Positions 1 to 9,420 are shown, counted from the first letter of the stretch. The stretch: DNA of 64,000 nucleotides from Nibribacter koreensis (GCF_039541795.1 NZ_BAABGX010000002.1:7808-71807); one strand, 5' to 3'. Made by a program: numbers and translations. The notes: generated from the sequence alone by a model not told the origin.

Positions 1-82
1 AGAAAACAGCCTAAAAACGAACCTTACAAACCAGTACCTTTGCATCTCAGTAAACCTAGCAACCACCCAACGCTCTTCCCCC

Positions 83-1117
83 ATGGCCAAACGCAAAGCC
101 TCTGCCCCAGAACACTTACCCTCGGTGACGGGTTTGCGCACCAGCGGCGGCACGGCCAAGCAACAAGAGTTCAACCAGTACGTGGCCAGAATCAACTTCT
201 TAAAAGAGCAGTTGGCCAGTCAGCGGGCGGCCTTGTCGCAGGCCAGGGTGCGGGTGCAGAAAGAAGTACAGCCGCTCATTACGCAACTGGTTGAGAAACG
301 CCGCGCCTTCGTGCATCTCCTGGATCGGGCCTATCATCTGGAGTTCTTCCAGAAGCAGGAGAAAGAAAAAATAGCCTTCCTGATCCAGAAACTGGCCTAT
401 GACCTGATTGACACCTACGGCGCCGAGGATCTGAAAGACCTGTATGCGCAGTATGCCCCCAACACATTCGCCCCAGACCCGCAGGAAGAACAAGTACCAG
501 AGATCCCAGAAGAAGAACCTGCGCCCGACATAGAAGATTATGAGGCCTGGGAGGCCCAACAGCAACAGCACCGCGAAGCCCAGCAAAAAGCCCGTCAGAA
601 AGCCAAGAAGCAGAAAGAAAAGGCCTCTGAGCTAAAGCTGGAGCTGAGTTCGCTCACCAAGGCCAGCCGTAAGATCTATACCACGCTGGTCAAACTCCTC
701 CACCCCGACAAAGAACTGGACCCCGAGGCCAGAATCTGGAAGGAAGAGGCCATGAAGCGCATCACCATTGCCTATAACCAGGACGACTTTTTTGAGTTGC
801 TCAGGCTGCAGATGGAATTCCTGCACCTGGAGGAAGAACACCTGGACCAGGTACCCGAAGACCAGCTCACCTACTACCTGAAACTGCTCACCGACCAGAT
901 CCAGGACCTGGAGCGTGAGTTACAGCATTTCCAGACGGGAACGCAGGCCAATTTCTTTCAGCGGTTTGCTGGCACAGAGCGGCAGATGGACCTCAAATTC
1001 AGGAAGGTGAAGAAAGAGTTAAAGGACGAGTTAAGCCAACTGGACCTGGAGCTGAGAGTTTTACAAGAACCCCTGCAACTGCGCGAATTCTTAAAACAAA
1101 TGCGTAACTTCCAGTAG
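83..1117 (+). CDS. J-domain-like coiled-coil protein (DnaJ-domain family, hypothetical)
   Basis: 344-aa ORF. It contains the motif 'IYTTLVKLLHPDKELDPEARIWKEEAMKRITIAYNQDD' with the HPD tripeptide typical of J-domains. The protein is rich in E/K/Q coiled-coil sequence. Confidence 0.5.
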   Translation: MAKRKASAPEHLPSVTGLRTSGGTAKQQEFNQYVARINFLKEQLASQRAALSQARVRVQKEVQPLITQLVEKRRAFVHLLDRAYHLEFFQKQEKEKIAFLIQKLAYDLIDTYGAEDLKDLYAQYAPNTFAPDPQEEQVPEIPEEEPAPDIEDYEAWEAQQQQHREAQQKARQKAKKQKEKASELKLELSSLTKASRKIYTTLVKLLHPDKELDPEARIWKEEAMKRITIAYNQDDFFELLRLQMEFLHLEEEHLDQVPEDQLTYYLKLLTDQIQDLERELQHFQTGTQANFFQRFAGTERQMDLKFRKVKKELKDELSQLDLELRVLQEPLQLREFLKQMRNFQ

Positions 1118-1285
1118 GCGAACACCTTCTGTTTTCGGTTTAGTACCATGCGCTGAATGGCAAGTAAGAACATGTAGAAACCTCGCAAAAATAAGAGGGT
1201 AGTTCTGCCCGCTGTCCTCAACTTCTATAACCGCGCCTGCGTATATTATTACATATCTATATGTAACCTTATAAATAGAGAAGCC

Positions 1286-1477
1286 ATGCACGAACATGAA
1301 TATAGAGCCCGCGGTAACTGGAACGAAATCAAGGGCAAAATGAAGCAAGCGTACGGGGACTTGTCTGATGACGATCTAACTTATGACGAAGGTCAGGAAG
1401 ACGAATGGATCGGGAAACTACAGCAGAAGATAGGCAAGGGAAAACACGAAGTTAAATCCTGGATTGATTCTCTGTAA
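1286..1477 (+). CDS. CsbD-family general stress protein
   Basis: 63 aa. The sequence 'RGNWNEIKGKMKQAYGDLSDDDLTY...GKLQQKIGKGKHEV' matches the CsbD signature (GNW..KGK.K...G.LTDDDL). Confidence 0.75.
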   Translation: MHEHEYRARGNWNEIKGKMKQAYGDLSDDDLTYDEGQEDEWIGKLQQKIGKGKHEVKSWIDSL

Positions 1478-1626
1478 GACAATTCCTCTGGCAGATCCCA
1501 AGGCTTGGCCTGTCCGGTAGAGCGGGGATTTCTTCTGGGTCTGTTACGTTCTTATAGTGAGCGTGACTTTGGGACTCGGGATTGCGATGAAGGGCAAAAG
1601 CGTCATACCTTTTGCAGTTGTTAATT

Positions 1627-1673
1627 CAAAAAAAGGAAAGGCTCTCTTTACCAAGAGAGCCTTTCCTTTTTTT
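1627..1673. terminator. Bidirectional rho-independent terminator
   Basis: A-run, then hairpin GGAAAGGCTCTCTT-tacc-AAGAGAGCCTTTCC, then T-run. It lies between convergent genes ending at 1477 and 1697. Confidence 0.7.
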
Positions 1674-1696
1674 ATGGACTGTTGGGTAGCTGTTTC

Positions 1697-2056
1697 TTAT
1701 TTGGCCGGGCTGGTTTGTGCAACATCCACCAGGGTCTTCATGCCTATAAAGGCCTTCTGCTGGTTGGGCGTCAATATTTCTAAGACAGAGGCAGAGAAGG
1801 CAGACTCAATGGTCGTTAGCTGGGCTACCAGTTCCTGACCAGTCAACGCGGTTTCAGCGGCTTTGATGGCCTCTAGCTTCTTGGTTTCAAACCCTTTTAG
1901 TTTTAGGTACTGCAACTCGTTCAACTGCAAGGTGTTGGCCAGCTCGCGGGCCAAAGTACCGGCAGACGCGCTAGATACCGCCGTAGGCAGCGTGCCCGCC
2001 ATAGAAGAAGTAGCTATAGAAAGGGTCAAAACAAGGGCAAGAGCAAGGCTATTCAT
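1697..2056 (-). CDS. Secreted hypothetical protein
   Basis: ORF 1697..2092. The internal start MNSLALALVLTLSIATSSMAG gives a signal peptide. No recognisable domain. Confidence 0.45.
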   Translation of the reverse strand: MNSLALALVLTLSIATSSMAGTLPTAVSSASAGTLARELANTLQLNELQYLKLKGFETKKLEAIKAAETALTGQELVAQLTTIESAFSASVLEILTPNQQKAFIGMKTLVDVAQTSPAK

Positions 2057-2267
2057 AAAGCAGAAGATAGTTTGTTGGTGTATCTGCTGCAAAGATGCAC
2101 GTATATAGCACTTGCCTATTATTTATTAGGCGAACAGTCTCCTTTGCCAGATGAACACCCTTAAATCTCCGCTCAGTTATATGCTTTTCTAAAGGGAGTA
2201 CTACTAGAACGCTATTTGCTCGGCTAGCCTACTTATTAAACGCTAGACCCGTCCTTACTTATTTCCT

Positions 2268-2519
2268 CTATCTGCTCATACCATGGGCACGTACAAACTC
2301 TTCAAAATGCCGTTCTTCCTGCTGTTCTGCTGCGCTAAGTTCTTCCAGATAGAGGTCACTCTGCCCTCTGGGGGAATAGAATGTCCATTTAAACGTGGGC
2401 CGATGTTTAATGAACAAATAACTGTCTATGAACTCGTCATGGTGGTACACGCCCAACCAGAGCCTCCCACATAGTCCTATCGCGCTTAGCATCCCTGCCG
2501 CCAGTACCTTTCTTTTCAT
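2268..2519 (-). CDS. Small hypothetical membrane-anchored protein
   Basis: Start placed at MKRKVLAAGMLSAIGLCG, which has a hydrophobic N-terminus. The longer ORF 2268..2645 would overlap the ArsC-family gene. Confidence 0.35.
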   Translation of the reverse strand: MKRKVLAAGMLSAIGLCGRLWLGVYHHDEFIDSYLFIKHRPTFKWTFYSPRGQSDLYLEELSAAEQQEERHFEEFVRAHGMSR

Positions 2520-2533
2520 CTGTACCTCCTGCC

Positions 2534-2902
2534 CTACAGGATGGTCAGCACATTCTGGGGCGGACGGCCAATCACGGCTTTGTCTCCGTTCACCACAATG
2601 GGGCGCTCCAGTAAGATGGGGTTTTCTACCAGTACTTGAATCCATTCGTCCTGCGTGAGGTGTTTGCCGGCGTACTGCTCTTTGTAAAGCATCTCTCCTT
2701 TCCTGATGATGTCTTCGGGGGCTAGTTGCAGTTTGGCCAATACGTCTTTTAACTCTTGCGCCGTGGGCGGATTAGTCAGGTAAGACACTACTTCAACGTC
2801 TTGTCCCGCGTTCTGGAGCAAGTCCAACGTCTCGCGGCTTTTACTGCATCTGTTGTTGTGGTAAATGGTGACCATGGCGGGATGGGTTTGGATGAAGGTC
2901 AA
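2534..2902 (-). CDS. ArsC/Spx-family protein (arsenate reductase-like, YffB type)
   Basis: 122 aa. The N-terminal 'IYHNNRCSKSRETLDLL' is the glutaredoxin-type ArsC-family active-site motif. Confidence 0.75.
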   Translation of the reverse strand: MTFIQTHPAMVTIYHNNRCSKSRETLDLLQNAGQDVEVVSYLTNPPTAQELKDVLAKLQLAPEDIIRKGEMLYKEQYAGKHLTQDEWIQVLVENPILLERPIVVNGDKAVIGRPPQNVLTIL

Positions 2903-2925
2903 AGATAAGGATTGTGTTGGATTCT

Positions 2926-2963
2926 CGTTTTTGGCGTGTTTTCTGGGAAACAGGCGGAAAACG
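2926..2963. repeat. 38-bp intergenic palindromic element (degenerate copy)
   Basis: cgtttttggcgtgttttctgggaaacaggcggaaaacg. It matches the family consensus but the two arms are imperfectly complementary. Confidence 0.7.
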
Positions 2964-2989
2964 CCGTTTTGATAGATGGCTGATTGTCA

Positions 2990-3745
2990 ATTGCTGATTG
3001 TTAAAGCATTCCCATCAGGACCGCCGTTGTTGGTGTTCTCACCAACTACCCGAACTGCTTCTCCAGTTGCCATTACTCTCTGGAAAAGACTTGGTGCACT
3101 TGCTTTGGCTGTTCCCTCGGTAATACCGTTTGTTCCGGTGCGAACTCACAGCTTTGTTGCATGGTCTCCGCTAAGCGCTCACGGCCGCGGGGCCTCGTCC
3201 TGGCCCTTCGCACTGCTGTTGTACTCTGGGCCTTTGGCCCCGCCTTTCAGGCGACGAAACAACAGAGGCGCTCAGGACCAAGACTGGTTCTGGTTCCAAT
3301 GCTGCTTAAGCCTGTTGGTTGGAGGTAAAGTCCGTCCCTGTCGCTGCAGAGTCATTCGTGCTGGCGCACGGCTGTAACTATCTGCTGTCCCGTGGGCATG
3401 GTTCAAGTCTTGGACTTGGACCCATGATGCAGGCAGTTTTCAACTGCCGTTGGCCTTCTGCCTAGTGATGCACATTGCTACTTTACCACGCATTGCGTCC
3501 CCCTCCGGAGGGGGTAGGGGGAGGACAAGTACTCCTTCAGACTCAGGACTCAGAACTCAGGACTAAACAAGTATCTTCTGCGCCAAGGACGGCTCCAACC
3601 GCAGACTACCCCCTTGAGGGTTGCCCAAACGGGAGTTTGAGGCACCGAGCGTAGCTCTAAGGGGGGTGTTTACACCAGCAGATAAAACTGACAGAAAGAG
3701 GCAATGGGCCCAAGACAAGGCAGTGCCGTTGTCTCTACAAAAAAG
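2990..3745 (+). repeat. Composite ~750-bp non-coding repeat, copy A
   Basis: About 90% identical to the reverse complement of 8690-9420. Its core also recurs at 13650-13990 and 50900-51430. ORF frames are not conserved between copies. Confidence 0.8.
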
Positions 3746-3894
3746 GCTCCCCTCCTGTTTTAGGAGAAGTTGGAGGTGGTAAAATCTCGATGTTGCATGC
3801 CAAAGACAAGGCAGCGCTTGGTCTCTACTTACTCAGCAATGCCTACCCCCTCATCCTAACCTTCTCCCTCAGGGAGAAGGGACTTGGGTCATTG

Positions 3895-3932
3895 CGTTTT
3901 TGGCCCGTTTTTCAGAAAATAAGCCAAAAACG
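3895..3932. repeat. 38-bp intergenic palindromic element (degenerate)
   Basis: gcgtttttggcccgtttttcagaaaataagccaaaaacg. Confidence 0.7.
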
Positions 3933-3996
3933 TAATAGTAGGCTGTTCATAAGATCCATAACCCAGTACTCAAAACTCAAGACTCAGGACTCAAAA

Positions 3997-5655
3997 CTAT
4001 TCCACCCGTTTGCTGGTCACGTAGAAGTTGGGGTCAACGGTTAGTTCGGCGGCGTTGCGGGAGACGGTGGCTTTCTTCCAGGTGCCGGCCACGGGTTTGA
4101 GCCATTTGGTTTTGCCACTTACTAGCACTTTGACGGGCATAGAGAAGGTGTCCAGGCAGTTGGTCCAGCGATATTCCAGGGTCTTGCCGTTGAGCTTGTA
4201 TTCCAGCACGGGGATGCGGGTGTCACGTAGGTACTGGTCAAAGAAGCCTTTTAAGTTATGGCCGCTTTTCTGGGCCAGGTAGTTCTCAATCTGGGCGCCG
4301 GTCACGGTCTGGTGGTAGAAGTCCTGGTTGAGGCCGCGCAGAATCAGGCGCCATTTCATGTCATTGCCCACCAACTGCCTGATCATGTGGAGCATATTGG
4401 CGCCTTTGGGGTACATGTCACCGGAGCCGGCGTAGTTGACATCATATTTGCCTACAATGGGACGGTCGTTTCTGATGCCTTTCCGGACGCCAATAATGTA
4501 GGCGCTGCTGGCTTCTTTGCCGTAATGGTAGTCTAAAAACAGGTTCTCTGAGTAAGACGTGAAGGCCTCGTGCACCCACATATCAGCTATGTCTTTATAG
4601 GTGATGTTGTTGGCGAACCACTCATGCCCGCTCTCATGGATGATGATGAAGTCAAACTTGAGTCCCCAGCCGGTTCCGCTTAAGTCACGACCCAGGTAGC
4701 CGTTCTGGTATTGGTTGCCGTACGTCACCGAACTCTGGTGCTCCATGCCCAGATACGGCACTTCTACCAGCTTGTAACTGTCTTCATAAAACGGATACGG
4801 CCCAAACCAATGCTCAAAGGCCTGCAACATGCGCGGCACGTCCTTGAACTGGGCTTTGGCCTTTTCCAGGTTCTCTGGCAAGACGTAGTAAATGCAATCC
4901 AAGGGGCCTTTCTCGCCGGGGTAGACTTCAGAGAAGGACACGTAATTGCCAATGTTAAAGTTGACGCCGTAGTTGTTGATGGGGTTGGTGACGGCCCAAT
5001 GGAAGGTTCTGGTGCTGTCTGCGTGTTCTTCAACCTTGCGCAGCCTTCCGTTAGAGACGTCTACCAGCGGCATGGGCACGTTCACCCGTATCATCATGCT
5101 GTCTGGTTCATCATACATGTGGTCTTTGTTGGGCCAGAAGAGGCTGGCGCCGTCGCCCTGCACCGAGGTGGCGATGAACGGATTTCCCTGCGTGTCTTGC
5201 TTCCAGGTGACGCCGCCGCTCCAGGGCGGGTTTACGCTCACCTGCGGTCTGCCGCTGTAATATACGTCTATGCAGTGCTGGGCGCCGGCCACCTGCGGCT
5301 GTTGCAGTTGAATAAACCAGGCGTTGCTGTCCTGGCGTACCACCAGGTTCTGGCCGTTCTGCGTGACGCGGTCAATGCGCATGGGCGCCTGCAAATCTAT
5401 CTGCATAGTTTGGTGCGGTTGCAAGACTTTGTAGCTGATCTTGTTTTGGCCCTGCAGGGTGCTGTCCTTAAGACTTACCTTGATGGACAAGTCATAGTGG
5501 GTCAAGTCCCACCAGGCGCGCTCTGGCGTGATGGAGCCGCGCAACGTGTCTTGCCGCGTGAAGGTGGGCGTGGTCTGGGCCTGGGCGCTAGGGACGGTGC
5601 CTGCCAGAAGCAAGAACAGCGCAAGACCTACGTGCCAAAATTGAGGGGTTTTCAT
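3997..5655 (-). CDS. M1-family zinc metallopeptidase (aminopeptidase N-like), secreted
   Basis: HEXXH motif in 'IIHESGHEWF' followed by a downstream glutamate in 'WVHEAF' (gluzincin pattern). Start chosen at MKTPQFWHVGLALFLLLAGTVPSAQA, which gives a signal peptide. The longer ORF to 5856 runs through a palindromic repeat. Confidence 0.75.
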   Translation of the reverse strand: MKTPQFWHVGLALFLLLAGTVPSAQAQTTPTFTRQDTLRGSITPERAWWDLTHYDLSIKVSLKDSTLQGQNKISYKVLQPHQTMQIDLQAPMRIDRVTQNGQNLVVRQDSNAWFIQLQQPQVAGAQHCIDVYYSGRPQVSVNPPWSGGVTWKQDTQGNPFIATSVQGDGASLFWPNKDHMYDEPDSMMIRVNVPMPLVDVSNGRLRKVEEHADSTRTFHWAVTNPINNYGVNFNIGNYVSFSEVYPGEKGPLDCIYYVLPENLEKAKAQFKDVPRMLQAFEHWFGPYPFYEDSYKLVEVPYLGMEHQSSVTYGNQYQNGYLGRDLSGTGWGLKFDFIIIHESGHEWFANNITYKDIADMWVHEAFTSYSENLFLDYHYGKEASSAYIIGVRKGIRNDRPIVGKYDVNYAGSGDMYPKGANMLHMIRQLVGNDMKWRLILRGLNQDFYHQTVTGAQIENYLAQKSGHNLKGFFDQYLRDTRIPVLEYKLNGKTLEYRWTNCLDTFSMPVKVLVSGKTKWLKPVAGTWKKATVSRNAAELTVDPNFYVTSKRVE

Positions 5656-5712
5656 AACAGTGATTTGGTTGAGAATAGAACGCGCGAAGCAGAAAGCGGT
5701 TGACGTGGTTTT

Positions 5713-5752
5713 CCGTTTTCGGGCTGAATTCTGGAAAACTGGCCGAAAACGC
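5713..5752. repeat. 38-bp intergenic palindromic element (degenerate)
   Basis: ccgttttcgggctgaattctggaaaactggccgaaaacgc. It lies between the convergent 3' ends of the M1 peptidase and the restriction-modification gene. Confidence 0.7.
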
Positions 5753-5767
5753 ATGAACCCCGGTTGT

Positions 5768-8527
5768 TTAGGCTTCTGGAACCACGGCGGCCTTTCTGGT
5801 TTTCTTGGGTTTCTCTTTGGCAAACAGACCGGCGGTGTACTGGGCATACAACTCAAACAGGAACTCCATGCGCTTGGCCTCGCTCACAAACGCCTGCGGA
5901 CGGTAACACAAATCTACGGCCTTGTCCAGGTCTTGGTGCGCCTTGACCAGTTTGGGCGGCATGGTGAGCGGGTCATACAAGTCTGCCAATGAACTGCCGG
6001 TAAACTCTGCCCGTACGTCCAGCACCTTCTGCGCGGCCACTTCTACGGCTTTGACCTGCTTCTCCGAAGGATTTTCTGGCCAAGGGAAGTTGTTGTAGAC
6101 GATGTCATTTGAATAACGGAAGCGACTTTCTAATCTTCCACAAACATTTTTTACCCAAGCCATATGCATTTTGGATGATAATATTCCAAAATGAAAAAAT
6201 GAATCAGTTTTAATAAAAGAGCAAAGATTGCTTGGAATCGTTTCTTTGTTTATAAATCCGATTGGAATATATCTTCGATTTTCAGAAGAAACTAAAGGGA
6301 TAATTATAGCATGCTCTGGATTATGCTTATCCCGAAAGGTAGTAGGAAAATTGGCCAAATTACGAGCCTGTGAATCAGGACTTTTTTCTCTTAGCTCTTT
6401 GACTTTTTTTACCCGGTCTAGAACATAAGGTAAATTCTTTAATTTAATTGGGTCTACATCAACTAGCCACAAGCACCATCTCGACTTACCATTTATAAAT
6501 TCTTCAGAACCTATAAATCTTCTAAAGTAATTTTCAGATAATGGCTCCTTTTGGATAAAATCTTCCTTTTCCTCATCATTAAAAATTAGATTTCCTCCAT
6601 CTATTGCTTTATTTCCTGCTTGCATTGGAAACACATTGCAAATTGGCTTCCCTCGTTTTGAGATTATAGTATCTTTCCCTTCGGTTAAGTAGGGGGTAAT
6701 ATTCATGGCTACATATTCATGAGGCTCTGAGTTGTAACTTTCATATTCATAAATAAACTTCTCATTCACATCGAAGTTGGCAAAACCAATAATCACCACA
6801 TGAACCGCGGCATTTCCTTTTGCTTCGTTCTTCCAGTTGAAGGTGCGGTGCGCGAAATGAATTTTAATCTTGTACCGATTAAATAACTCGTTCCAGAGAA
6901 TACCCACTTGCTCGCCTTGGGCAATAGAATTGGTAGACACAAAAGCAGTTTTAATCTTGGTGTCTTGCATGTACTGCGCGGCTTTTAAATACCAGGCGGC
7001 TACATAGTCTAAAACGCCAGCACCGTTCACGCCCGCAAAAACTTTCTCCATATCAGCTTTCTGCCCAGCGTTTTGGTTTGATTTGCCAATAAACGGCGGG
7101 TTGCCCAGAATGTAGGTGAGTTGGTTTTTGGGGATGACGGTTTCCCAGTCTAGTTGCAGGGCGTTTCCGTGGGTGATGTTGGCAGATTTCTTGAGCGGTA
7201 GGCGCGCAAAATACTGCCCGAACTCCTGACTGATGGCCATGTTCATCTGGTGGTCAATGAGCCACATGGCCACCTCGGCAATGCGCGCCGGAAACTCTTC
7301 GTACTCAATGCCATAGACCATGTCCACGTCCAGCCAGATAATTTCGCGCACATCCAGAATCATCTGCCCAGACTTGTTCATGGCCCGTAAAATCTCAATC
7401 TCCAGCAAACGGAGTTCGCGGTAGGTGATGATGAGGAAGTTGCCGCACCCGCAGGCCGGGTCCAGGAACTTGAGCGTGCTCAGCTTCTTATGGAATTCGG
7501 GGAGGCGGTTCTTATTGGTCTTTACGCTTTCAAACTCGCGCCAGAGCTCATCCAGAAACAGCGGCTTTATGAGCTTGAGGATGTTCTTCTCTGAAGTGTA
7601 GTGCGCGCCCAGGTTTCTACGCTCCTTGGGGTTCATGACGCTCTGGAACAGACTACCAAAAATTGCCGGCGAAATCTTGCTCCAGTCCAGGGCACAGCAG
7701 TTTAGCAGTTGCGTGCGCATTTTGCTGTCAAAGGCGGCCGGCGGCAAAGGCTCTTCAAACAGCTTTCCGTTCACGTAGGGGAACTGGTTCAGGTGCTCGT
7801 CTATGTTCTTGAGGCGCTTGTCTACGGGCGTGTTTAAGATGTAGAACAGCTGACTTAAATGCGCGGCCAGGTCAGAGCCGTCCTCACTGGTTTTCTGCTC
7901 AATGTAATCCTGGAAAAGGCGCTTGTCAAAGATGCTGGTGTCTTCAGAGAAGAGGCAGAAGAGAATGCGCACCAGGTACACCTCCAGCACGTGGCCCTCA
8001 TAGCCAATCTCCTGCAGGCGGTCATGCAGCTTGCCCATGCGTTCGGCGGCCAGAATGTTGACGGGGTCCTCAGACTTATAATGCTTGGTCTGGTAGCCCA
8101 GCAAAAACCCGAACAGCTTTACGTTCTTATACAGGTCCTGCAACAGAAACTCCTGCTGAGTGCCGTCCTCCAGATCATACAGCCTGAAGCGCTCAAAGTC
8201 ACTCACCAGAATGCACTTGGGCAGGTCATATTCCTTGAGTCCGGCAAAATAGTCTTTGGCCTGCGTGTAAGCCTTGTCCAGGTCCTTGCCCTTAGATTTC
8301 ATCTCTACCAGCAGCACGCCCTTCCAGAGCAGATCAATGAACCCGTCCCGTTCGCCCAGCTTCTTGACCTTGTGCTCAAACGTAGAAACGCGCTTACTGC
8401 TTATGCCAAACACGTTGAAGAACTCCACCAGAAAGGGCTTGGCGTCTGCCTCTTCACGGGCGGTGTCTTGCCATTCTTTGGAGAACCTGATGGCGCGGTC
8501 CTTTATCTCATTCCAGCTTAAAGCCAT
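5768..8527 (-). CDS. MmeI-family Type IIL (IIG) restriction-modification enzyme: fused endonuclease, N6-adenine methyltransferase and target-recognition domain
   Basis: 919 aa. N-terminus MALSWNEIKDRAIRFSKEWQ... The PD-(D/E)XK-like motif D-X9-E-X-K is present ('DLLWKGVLLVEMK'). Gamma-class methyltransferase motifs are 'FLDPACGCGNFL' (motif I) and 'ILGNPPFIGK' (motif IV). The long C-terminal region is consistent with a target-recognition domain. Architecture and length match MmeI. Confidence 0.85.
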   Translation of the reverse strand: MALSWNEIKDRAIRFSKEWQDTAREEADAKPFLVEFFNVFGISSKRVSTFEHKVKKLGERDGFIDLLWKGVLLVEMKSKGKDLDKAYTQAKDYFAGLKEYDLPKCILVSDFERFRLYDLEDGTQQEFLLQDLYKNVKLFGFLLGYQTKHYKSEDPVNILAAERMGKLHDRLQEIGYEGHVLEVYLVRILFCLFSEDTSIFDKRLFQDYIEQKTSEDGSDLAAHLSQLFYILNTPVDKRLKNIDEHLNQFPYVNGKLFEEPLPPAAFDSKMRTQLLNCCALDWSKISPAIFGSLFQSVMNPKERRNLGAHYTSEKNILKLIKPLFLDELWREFESVKTNKNRLPEFHKKLSTLKFLDPACGCGNFLIITYRELRLLEIEILRAMNKSGQMILDVREIIWLDVDMVYGIEYEEFPARIAEVAMWLIDHQMNMAISQEFGQYFARLPLKKSANITHGNALQLDWETVIPKNQLTYILGNPPFIGKSNQNAGQKADMEKVFAGVNGAGVLDYVAAWYLKAAQYMQDTKIKTAFVSTNSIAQGEQVGILWNELFNRYKIKIHFAHRTFNWKNEAKGNAAVHVVIIGFANFDVNEKFIYEYESYNSEPHEYVAMNITPYLTEGKDTIISKRGKPICNVFPMQAGNKAIDGGNLIFNDEEKEDFIQKEPLSENYFRRFIGSEEFINGKSRWCLWLVDVDPIKLKNLPYVLDRVKKVKELREKSPDSQARNLANFPTTFRDKHNPEHAIIIPLVSSENRRYIPIGFINKETIPSNLCSFIKTDSFFHFGILSSKMHMAWVKNVCGRLESRFRYSNDIVYNNFPWPENPSEKQVKAVEVAAQKVLDVRAEFTGSSLADLYDPLTMPPKLVKAHQDLDKAVDLCYRPQAFVSEAKRMEFLFELYAQYTAGLFAKEKPKKTRKAAVVPEA

Positions 8528-8599
8528 GGTGTGTTGCGTCTAGAAAGGGAAGGTAGGAAAATTCTATATACCCCGCCTACGTAGTTCCCGCAAGCCCAT

Positions 8600-8637
8600 C
8601 GTTTTTGGCCTGTTTTCTGGATTTCAGGCTGAAAACG
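8600..8637. repeat. 38-bp intergenic palindromic element
   Basis: cgtttttggcctgttttctggatttcaggctgaaaacg. Confidence 0.7.
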
Positions 8638-8689
8638 GGGGGTATAGTTAAGAGTTAAGAGTTATGAGTTAAGAGTTGGATGATGGTAG

Positions 8690-9420
8690 AGACCAGGCAC
8701 TGCCTTGTCTTGGGCGCATTGCCTTCTTCTGCTAGTTTTATCTGCTGGTGTAAACACCCCCCTTAGAGCTACGCTCGGTGCCTCAAACTTCCGTTTGGGC
8801 AACCCTCAAGGGGGAAGTCTGCGGTTATGAAAGGCTCATGGCGCAGACGCAACTTGTTTAGTCCTGAGTCATGAGTCATGAGTCTGAAGGCGCTCCTGTC
8901 CTCCCCCTACCCCCTCCGAAGGGGGACGGAATGCGTGTTAAAGTAGCAATGCCCGGGCAGTTGCAGACTGCGCTCGTCATGGATCCAAGTCAAAGACTTG
9001 AACCATGGCTACGGGAAAGGAGATAGTTACAGCCGTGCGCAGCACGCGTGACTCTGCAGCGACAGAGACCGCCATTATCTTCCATCAGCCAATCAACCAT
9101 CAAGCCCTTACAGGATTGGGACCAAAACCAGTCTTGGCTCTGAGCGCCTCTGTTGTTTCGTCGCCTGAAAGGCGGGGCCAAAGGCCCAGAGTACAACAGC
9201 AGTGCGAAGGGCCAGGACGAGGCCCCGCGGCCTTGAGCGCTTAGCAGACATAATGCAACAAGACTGGTAGTACGCACCGGAAAGAGCGGTCTTACTCAGG
9301 GAACTGCCAAATGCGTGCACCAAGGCATTGGCAAAAGTTATAATAGCTAGAGAAGCAGTTTGGGTCGTTGGTGAGAACACCAACAACGGCGTAAGTTGGT
9401 CCTATGCAACAACAACAACA
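8690..9420 (-). repeat. Composite ~750-bp non-coding repeat, copy B (inverted)
   Basis: Reverse complement of copy A (2990-3745) at about 90% identity. This includes the G/C-rich mini-palindromes at its distal end. Confidence 0.8.

Noticed and set aside
1557-1838. 93-aa plus-strand ORF
   Set aside because: It spans the terminator hairpin and is antisense to the secreted-protein gene 1697..2056.
2976-3377. 133-aa ORF (and similar ORFs at 8990..9277, 9108..9386, 50933..51331, 51072..51293, 13776..13985) inside the composite repeat copies
   Set aside because: The shared peptide segment (…SGPLAPPFRRRNNRGAQ…) falls in different frames and lengths in each copy, so the DNA is conserved but not the reading frame. 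These are artefacts of a non-coding repeat.
3401-3440. tRNA-like T-arm (GGTTCAAGTCTTGGAC) inside the composite repeat
   Set aside because: No full cloverleaf (acceptor stem, D-arm, anticodon arm) could be assembled around it. It recurs identically in each repeat copy, so it is part of the repeat, not a tRNA gene.
4711-5703. 330-aa plus-strand ORF
   Set aside because: It is entirely antisense to the M1 peptidase gene, which has clear HEXXH…E motifs. It is low-complexity and V/A/G-rich, which is a typical shadow ORF.
7859-8521. 220-aa plus-strand ORF
   Set aside because: It is antisense to the MmeI-family gene and has no motif.
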